Of a stretch of 64,000 nt of DNA, positions 55,574-64,000 are shown piece by piece. Both the position numbers and the translations under genes were made by a program. The stretch is from Neophaeotheca triangularis. Taxonomy: Eukaryota. The notes under the pieces were generated by a model. It was not told the DNA's origin, made no database searches, and saw only the letters and a list, made by a program, of their open reading frames with translations. Within the stretch, counting starts at the first letter, position 1. Every line of letters starts with the position of its first letter. The stretch lies in NCBI GenBank assembly GCA_054600435.1, contig BAAIJX010000033.1, positions 124,001-188,000 of the forward strand, given 5' to 3'.

Positions 55574-57042
55574 TCAGCTCTTCGCTGCACCAGCCTTGAT
55601 GAGCAGGATATCGCCGTCCTCCACAACGTAGTCCTTGCCCTTGGTCATGACCTTACCCTTGGCCTTGACACCAGCCTCGTCGCCCTCCTCTCTCAACGTC
55701 TTGTAGTTGTACACGATGACCTGAATAAAAGTCTTCTCAAAGTCGCCGTGGATGACACCGGCAGCCTGCGGCGCCTTGGTGCCGTTACGCACCGTCCATT
55801 GTCGCACTTCGTCGGCGCCAGTGGTGAAGAAGGCCCCGAGGTTGAGCTCCTTGCGCATAGTCTGCACAATCTTTGGCAGTGCTGATTTGGTTCCAAGCGC
55901 CTTGCACTCCTTCTCGGCTTCTTCCTCGGTCTCAAAGCGTGTCAGGCGCTCTTCGAACGACACTGAGATGGGAATAATGACATCTCCGGCTGCGTGCTCC
56001 TTGACCCACTCAGCAACCTTGGGCAAGAACTTGTTCTTCTGTCGAATGTAGTCTTTTTCGCTAAGGTTGACGAGGTAGACGACTGGCTTAGCGGTAAGGA
56101 GGAAGAGAGGGTTGATAACTTCGACCTACACAAGTTGACCATGTTAGCAAGCTTCCTTGCCGCAGAGTAACTTTATGCGAATGCGTAAGGTGATGTAGGT
56201 ATTCAGATGGGACATGTTCTCATGACCCCTCAAAGCGTTGTATAAATAGAGGAGTTCGAAGAGCTGGGATTATAGAGATGGTATCTCTGGTTCATCATGC
56301 AATGGAAGAGCAAGTTCATGGATTGGGGTTGAACATACCTCTTTCGGACCCCAGGTCTCTTTCCTGACATCCTTGCCGGACTTGAGACACTCCAAGATCT
56401 TTTCCACTGTGGCTTGCTCCTCCTTGAGCTTCTTCATCTCAAGCGACTGGCCGCCTCTCCTTGTCTGCTTGGCGAGTGCCTCGTGCGCCTTCTCGACGAA
56501 TTCAATGTCCTTGATTCTCAGCTCCTCGTTGATGATTTCGAGATCTCTGATAGGGTCGACATCGCCCTCGACATGAATGATCTCGGCATCGTCGAAGCAA
56601 CGTACGACTTGGAAGACGGCATCAACGGCGCGAATGTGAGACAAGAAAGCGTTACCCAGACCGGCTCCGGTAGATGCACCGCGCGTCAGGCCAGCAATGT
56701 CGTAGACAGTCAAGTTGGCAGGCACGCGCGACTTTGGCTTGTACTGCTCGCACAACCAATCGAAACGCTCGTCGGGGACGACAACGCGCGCTTCTTCGGG
56801 ATCGATGGTGGCATATGGAAAGTTGGCAGGGTTACCGAGCGAGCACTTGGTCAGGGCCTGGAAAAAGGTAGATTTGCCCACGTTTGCAAGACCGACCTAG
56901 AGGCAAGGAGTGTCAGCTTATTTTGAACACGGGCAGAGTGCAAAAGCACGCACATGCTCGTACATACGATCCCGCTCTTCAAGTTGTTGCCGGGCCTGCC
57001 CAAAAGGATCTTCTCCTCCTTGACTTGCTTCTTGGGCGGCAT
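55574..57042 (-). CDS. OLA1: Obg-like ATPase 1 (YchF family); exons 57042-56968, 56896-56339, 56125-55574
   Basis: GIVGLANVGKST, ANFPYATIDP, DIAGL, FFTTGADEVRQW, APQAAGVIH, GKDYVVEDGDI. Confidence 0.96.
56200..56302 (-). ncRNA. Candidate intronic box C/D snoRNA in OLA1 intron 2
   Basis: Box C ATGATGA (56298-56292), D'-like TCGA (56259-56256), C'-like ATGAGAA (56223-56217), box D CTGA (56206-56203) in the correct order within a 213-nt intron. Confidence 0.7.
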
Positions 57043-58011
57043 TTTCTTCTTCTTGCTGCTACTCGCGTAAAGTCTAGCCGAGTGGGATGGTGCTGACTGG
57101 GCGCAGACAGCGAAGTGCAGGCGAGGGAATGTTGCAATGACAGATGCAGAGCCCGCTGCTGTGATGGGTGAAAAGAGGCGGGGAGAAGTGAAGAAGATTG
57201 GGTTGAAGGAGAGGGGGAGGCAGCTTGGTCAGTGGAATGAAGACGGTAGCGACACCGTCTTTTGAGGATGGGTATGAAGTATAGTATGGAGGTGGAATGT
57301 AATAGTGAGTGTGAGTGGAAGTTGGAGAGGAGGTGTTGTGCCGCGAGCTGTGAAAAGTTGACGGATGTGGACGCCGCAATTTTCCCCTTTCGATGAAGCG
57401 CTGTGCCTAGCGCCGAATCCCAAATTGCTTGGCATCTTTGTTGAAGCCACAGAATCTACCTAGCGAGCCTAGGTACCTACCCCTACCCCTACCATACCTA
57501 CGGTACATAGTAGGTACAGTAGTACGAGTATGAGTATTGTACACATAAGCACCGCAATCACAACCTCGGAATGCCACAGCCTCACGCGCATATTGGAAGG
57601 CATGCACTGCGCAGTCTATACCTCACATTGTAAGCCATGCTCTCGCTTAATTGCATACTCTATGTAGCTTCTTGTATTCTTCCGCGCCGTGTGACCTTGC
57701 CATGCCCAGGCAGCGATACCTCGAAACGCAGAGGGAATGCGGCCTGCTCTTTCCGCGAGGATACCGATACCTCTAAGGCATTGGTTCTGCGATACCCATA
57801 CTCTTAGAATGCCCTTCGCTTACGCCAACACTCTGTATTCAGTTAGTCTTGGATCGTCCAAGGCTGTCTCAAGATCCCAATGTCCATCTCTACCTGCTAT
57901 TTCCACTGCGTACAACGCGGGCATCATCTATGCACATGTGAAGACCCTTGCTGTTTCGTACAAAATCGTATTGCTCCTTGCCGGCGACGGTACATCCCAA
58001 ATCGAGCCCAG

Positions 58012-61000
58012 CTACGGGGAAGCGGACAAGCTCATGGCTCGAAGAGTAGTTGCCAAGTCCTCGGCCGCGTTTGGTGCATCCATTGGTGCTCGGTCAGGGC
58101 TGTCGTTGTCGGTGACTGCAAGATTTCTCCTGGCATGTCGTTGAGCAGAAGGACTGCTGGGCTGGGGCCCCTTGAAAATGGCCTGGAAAGCTGGCTCTTC
58201 TTCTAAGTCGCCGTTAGCATGCCTGCCATGGCCTTGGGTTTGCCTGCGAGGAGATGAATAGAGACCTTCGGTCTCCCGCAAGGCGTCCTTGACTTTGCGC
58301 TTCAGTCCGTTGACGTATGGAACTATGTGACGAAGCGTGGCCGTATCAAACGGCACTTTCTTGGAGGTCGAATCGCGTAGGCTTGTGCCAGTTCTTTTAG
58401 TTTGCAAAGCGGCGATAACCGAACGAGCTACAGCCTCTGAATCCCTTCGTGGCCGAGGGGAAGCCAGTCCTGGGACGGGCGGTTGACGCGCATCACCCGC
58501 ATCGGCAACCTCGTCCTCTGGGATCGTAGAAGTTTTTGAGTCCTTTACCACCGAGGACCTTCTGATTTTGCTGGTATTGGCAATAGCAAACTCGGGCTCG
58601 TCGAAGATGTCGTCGTCAAAGGCAGGCGACGAGGGACGCGACCTTTGGGGGTCAAGTGTCTTTTCTTCAGTCTCCTGGTCGGCGAGCTCAATCATTGCAT
58701 CCACCTCTTGCCAGGCTGCAGCGTGAGAGCCATTCATCATGTCAAGAGCCACTGCACGAATCCGAAGCTCTTTGAGCTCTTCAATGAGCAGCCCCCACTC
58801 ACGCAACAGTCCGATATTAGCGACGACATTTTCTTGCTGGTCCCTGATCGACTTAGGCACAAACATCTCGTGGCCGCTATCCACACGTTTCTCCTCACCC
58901 TGCAGATGGGTGACCACCGCAGGTGCAGCAAGCTCGAAGTCGAAATCCTCATTCCAGTCTTCCGTCACACCCTTGCTCCCAACACCCCATGTCCCGAATT
59001 TGTTGGCCACGACGTTGTTCTTTTTACCCTCGGTGTCGGGAACGACGGGCACGCTGTGACTGCGTGCATGCATACCACTAGGTGGTCGGCGTCCAGCAGC
59101 TCTGCTTCCCCTTGTATCTGGATCTTTCTTTCCGTGCACAGTCTTCGGTCGTGGCGGAGACTGGCTGTAGTGACTGGGACTTGGCTGCTCCTCTGACCAG
59201 TCAAATATGCTGCCTTTGTCGGCGAGACTGGCGCCATTTCGCTGGGGTGTTGACATTGTGGAGCTGGAATGCTGCGATCGCATGAACGGGTTTAGACGCA
59301 GCGCAAGTGCACGGTTGGTCGCCGAGGTGTTCAACGCCGACTGACGTGGCTCGTCGTCAAAGCCGGACTCCTCCTCTTCTGGAGCGTCCCAGTCTATCTC
59401 ATCAGGATCCGGCATGGTGACCATCGCAGAAGGAGCAGGCCTGAACAGGTCACGGGAGCCTTCACGTCCAACAGTGGAAGGGGTCCTATCACCTCCTCTG
59501 TGGGAACGTAGGGATCGTACTGGGGTACTGGCCACGCTCTCTTCCTCTTCAATGGTGCTGTGTCTGAATCGTGGGCCATGATCACTGCCGGGGAGGCTAG
59601 CGTCACTTAGCAGATCTGCGAGCTTGGTGCTGCGTCCTGAAAAGTTAGAAGGACTATCATCAAAGATAGTATCTATGGGTGGGCCCCTGCGCCCAGAGCT
59701 GCTGCGTGTTGTTCTCGTTGGATATGAATCGTAGACAGTATCACTTTGGTAGTCAGTACTCTCATCACCTATAGACCTCTGATCACTGTCAGATCCGACG
59801 GTGGAAGGGATCTCGGACTGTGCAACCGAGAGACGAGGCGGGCGCCCTGAGGCCGTGGTGTGGTCAGAAGCTAGCCGCCGCTGTTCGATTGAGGAGATTT
59901 GAACGGTGGCAGATGAGGTCGAGTATGGTGGCTGTCCTGTAGCTGGGGGCGCGGTTGACGCCAAGTCAAGATGAATCTCTCGGTCTCTCGCGTTGAAAGT
60001 TTGGTCCTTGTCTGAATAGTAGAGAGCTCGTTGCGGTGTATCTGGATTCGTGAGATCGCGCCGTTTTGCTGGCCGTTCCGAGGCGCCACTCCAAGCATTT
60101 CCCATTGCAGTTTGAGTGTCAAGGCCAGACCCTCGCACATTTTTACGTGGCTTTGGTGTAGGCAGTCTTCCTCGAGCAGACGGCCGCTTCCAGAGTTGCT
60201 GCGGTCCGGTGGATAAAAGATCGCCAATGGATTGCGAGCGTCTCGAGTGGGATGCCATGCCAGCGTCGGCAGGCTTCGCCGGCAAAGGGGAAGAAGCGAC
60301 GCTTGTGAACTCGAGGTTGCCAGTTTCCGCGAAGCTCAAGCTATGATCTATCTCGGTTCGTAGTGGCCCGACATCTTCTCGGCCGGATATCAAGACAGGC
60401 GTGTACTTTCTGTCAGGGTAAATGCGCTTGATGGGATTTGGTATGCCAGTGGAATGGCGACGCCTGGCGAGCGTCAACCTGTCCGCTGGAATCTTGCGTA
60501 CAAAGTAATGCTCCCATTGCTGATGGTCACTGCGGAGTGCGCTAGGGTCCAGGGAGAAACGACCAAATCGTTGATTTTCATCCGAGGGCCGCTGCCATGT
60601 TGCAGACCTTGAGTGGCTAGTGGCTGGCCTTCTGAAGGTTGGTAATGGCAATCGTGAGGGACTACCTCGAAACGGAGAGCTTGCCGAACTCCGTACAGAG
60701 GAAGTTCGCTTTATCAACTTGTTTCGACCGTGGAAGGGTGGCTGGGTCGACGGCAGCACAGGCGTATTTGACCCGACGTTCGAGGAAGCGGTGGAGCCAT
60801 TGCACCGCGATACGGTCAAAGAGCCTGGTATTGATCGTGCGCTTGGGCTTGATTCCCGTGAGGTGGACATGCTCGACAGACGCCGCAACCACGATTGTGG
60901 GTGACTGCTTGGTGTCCCAGCTTTTGACGTCCCTTGCCTTCTCTCGGTGCTCTGCACCCTTTCCGAGCCTACACTGGCTGCACTAGTCCCCGACGTCAAA

Positions 61001-61603
61001 CTCCTCTTCAGACCTGCACGTGCATTTCCCGTTGTGGAAGGGCCATGGAACTGTTGGTCACCGAAAGCGGGCGTCTGTGGTGGGGTGAAGGAGAAGGGTG
61101 AGGAGAAGGGTTGGTGGGCAGTGTAAGCGTTGGTGCCTGGGACAGAGTGGCAGGTGGCGGTAGCAGTCATGTCCAGGCCTGGTGGGTGTTGTTGTGGTCG
61201 GGGATGAGTTTGGCGGTGTTTGCGCTCGGTGGAGTCGCTTTCGTTTTCGGAGCGAGTAGCGATAAGGCCGACAGCAGAGAAGGCAGTGGAGGCGCCGGAT
61301 GCTAGCAACTGTGGGACGTCGAGTCAGTCAGCACGCAAAGGCATATCGTGTATGAACGAGCAGTTCGAAGACGATGGTAGTGCGGCGACGGTTGGGTATA
61401 TGTCAAAACCCAAGGGCCGGGGTCAGCGCTCGCAGTACCGGGCTTTGGAAACCGTGGCGTGCTAGCGGGAATGATACATAGCAAAGCATCACCCGTAGGT
61501 ACAGTAGGCGGGGCGGGGCAGGCGGGCAGGCAGGCAGGCAGGCAGGGCGATGATTGACGAAAGCCTGGGAAAAGGGGATGCTCACCGTAGGGACTGTTCG
61601 CAT
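58012..61603 (-). CDS. Large uncharacterised, mostly disordered S/R/P-rich fungal protein (~1100 aa); main exon 61308-58012, probable short first exon 61603-61586
   Basis: 1098-codon open frame with an ordered-looking block FGTWGVGSKGVTEDWNEDFDF...LLREWGLLIEELKELR. The frame opens exactly at a CTGAC...CAG acceptor (61309). The start is uncertain (61621, 61603 or internal ATG 61170). Confidence 0.8.
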
Positions 61604-62337
61604 GTCTTTGCGCAAGCACATGCGGTATTTACTAACTTCACCACTATGCGTCCACACAAACAATTGAGAGGCAGCAGCAGCAGGCAAGGGAGGAGGAGAA
61701 GAGGCAGCCCGTGACAACACGCGTGGACATGGCCCAGAGCATCAAGCCAATGCCTCGCGAACTGCACCTCAACTTTGGGTACCTGGGCGAGCGAAAGCAA
61801 GCAGACAATAATAATCTGCAGGTGAGCACCAAACTTCCACCGTCCCCTGCAGGCTGCAACCCGTCGCACAAAGGGTCAAAAGACGGGCGAGGGCGAGGGT
61901 GAGGGCGAGGGCAAGGTTCTGCGCAACCCACGCTGGCACGCAAGCCTAGGAGCGGCACCAGAAGGAGTCAGTAGTCGCTGGTTACATGTGCCGGGGAGGA
62001 TGTAGAGTTTGGCCAGGGACGAGCAGCGCAGCCGTTGTATGGATTGCTGAGAGGCTGAGCTGACCTGGGCCCTGAAAGGAACCAAACCCACGTCGAGACA
62101 AGCTATATCATTTTACCCGGCCGGCCACGACATATGGCCAGCGACAACAAACACTACTGTACACATGCCTGCGCCCATCAAATAATGATGGATGATAGAA
62201 ACCGGCTCTTCCACTGCCTTTTTGATCGATGCCCAGACGTCTCGCATCGGCCACAGCAGTCGGCGTTCCTGCATACTAACTATCGAGCAAGACCGACCCT
62301 CACCATGTCGTGCGACATCATCCATAGCAGCATAATC

Positions 62338-62370
62338 AACAACAACAACAACAACAACAATAATAATAAT
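62338..62370. repeat. (AAC)7(AAT)4 microsatellite
   Basis: Read directly from the sequence. Confidence 0.9.
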
Positions 62371-64000
62371 GATATCAAATAATCCCAAGCAGCCATCAAT
62401 TATGCTCCGGTTCCCTGTTCTACTGGCGCCATGCCTTCTCCGCTAGATACCGGATTTACCGATCTCCACTTGCAGGCCCCAGTCGTCCCAGATTCATCTC
62501 CATAGCACCAATAGGCTGATAGCTGCGCTCGCTTCCTCTTGGGTGATGAGCGGCCCGGTGAAACATTGAATGCGTACAGGGTTACCCATCTCTCTCAAAG
62601 CGCATAACTCACAAGAAGCGGTTCCACCATTCGCCGTCCACCGTCTTGATGGCGCTGAGCACGCAGCCGCGGATGTAAACTTCGCCTGCCGTGGGTTACT
62701 TCCGCTCAGGGCTCTCCCAGCCCAGGACCCCTCGATTCCGTTGCCTACAGATTCGTACGACAAGGCAGCCGGGTTGGCAATCTGTACGGCAGTGGAGGTT
62801 TTCACGGACTCAATGGCTAGCGATGCCGTATTGGCGAGGGCGCTGCAGCACAGCTGTCGGGCTAATAAAGCCAGGGCCAGGGCAGTCAAGCCTCTCACTA
62901 CTGGCCGGCATGCAGATAATGATGGTGCAAATTCAGGCATCGTGACATCGAGCGTACGAAGCGAGTACCTAGGTGGGAAGCGATTGTCGGGAGTCGAGAC
63001 GAGCATCAGCAGAGGTGACGAGCTTACGAACGTGCACATGGCTGCTCCGAAACAATACGAATACATCATGTCCACTTCCCCAAAGGAGCAGTGGAACCAA
63101 CGAATTACTACTGGAGAGCTTTCGTGTCGCCCCGAAGAAGGTTTGAAAGCAATCAATCACAGACGGCTCGCGGGGTTGAGACCTGGGCGATCCTTGCAAG
63201 TTGCTGTTGCTCTTAAAGTAGCGTCTCTCGGAAAGCAGGGTATCTTTACATTCTCCACAGCAAGATCTGCGGATGGAAATAGCGCGAATAATGTGGAAGT
63301 GGCGCATGGCTTTAGTGTTTGGCGTTCTGGTTCCAAGCTGACCGGTCGATCTTGCGTGGGATCTGGTTGGTTGATGTCGAAACGAAAGGAGAAGAGAATA
63401 ATCATCGCAAGTACTGATCTATCGTGAAACATCTCTATCTTGAATGCAAAAAGTGACTGCCCCTCGCGATCACATGGGGTGGACAGGCTTGATGAAACAC
63501 GGCGACGTGGTGAAGACAGGGTATCCGAGGAAAGCCGCGTGAAAGTGGAGTGCTGCACGCAGCCCCTCACCACAAGCAACATAATAACAGACGCGAGGTA
63601 CTGCTAGGAGGTACTCGGTAGGCATGATATGCAATCATTCGTCGAGCAGGACAAGTTCGCTTCGACGTATCTTCGATGACCAACCAGGCGGCCAGAGAGG
63701 CACTATAGCAATCGTAGCAGTAGCGTCCACGGTACGTAAATAGTGAGGCGGTTGTCCTGTAGTCGGCACATCTTCCCCCGATGCCCTTGAACACTGGTAC
63801 AGTAGTATGTGGTTACTGTACATGTATGTACCAATCTGCGGTACTTAACCGTCACCTAACTTACTAAGTTAACCCTCTGCGGCAGTTGCTTTGTTGGAAG
63901 GGCTGGACAGTGGGCGAACGGGAGTTCTCACATGGAAAGATCACATGAAGAGGTGCCTGAGGTTGCTGCCAAGCTCTCTGCTCTCGCCATACCTACCTCG

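Noticed and set aside
62494..63582. Overlapping ORFs on both strands (285 aa +; 220 aa and 141 aa - separated by one TGA)
   Set aside because: No recognisable domain or coding-like composition. An orphan gene or relic cannot be excluded without BLASTx or RNA-seq.

Overview
Gene-dense eukaryotic DNA from a filamentous ascomycete. Short GT-AG introns with CTRAC branch sites and the protein sequences suggest a Dothideomycete (inference). About 26 protein-coding genes, mostly conserved housekeeping: CCH1 (runs off the window start), a HExxH metalloprotease-like protein, DUF2293, HIT hydrolase, BTB protein, MRPL11, TRP4, a propeller/TM protein with an 8x repeat tail, CWF19, NPA3/GPN1, B-type cyclin, RML2, DUF1295, an MFS sugar/quinate transporter, a SnoaL-like protein, RIC1, SGT2, TMA20, CKB2, TIM44, MRPS18, BNA7, a DUF3824-like protein, OLA1 and a large uncharacterised protein. 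I found no transposon, tRNA, rRNA, CRISPR array or secondary-metabolite cluster, and no clearly novel multi-gene system. The most interesting signals are post-transcriptional: (1) a candidate box C/D snoRNA in an enlarged OLA1 intron; (2) a coding-like 53-codon frame behind the TAG stop of the DUF3824-like gene; (3) an oversized, structured, GCATG-rich first intron in CKB2 with a possible poison exon; (4) competing splice donors in TMA20, where the consensus donor gives a frameshift. All gene models were spliced by eye and family names come from motif recognition, not database searches.
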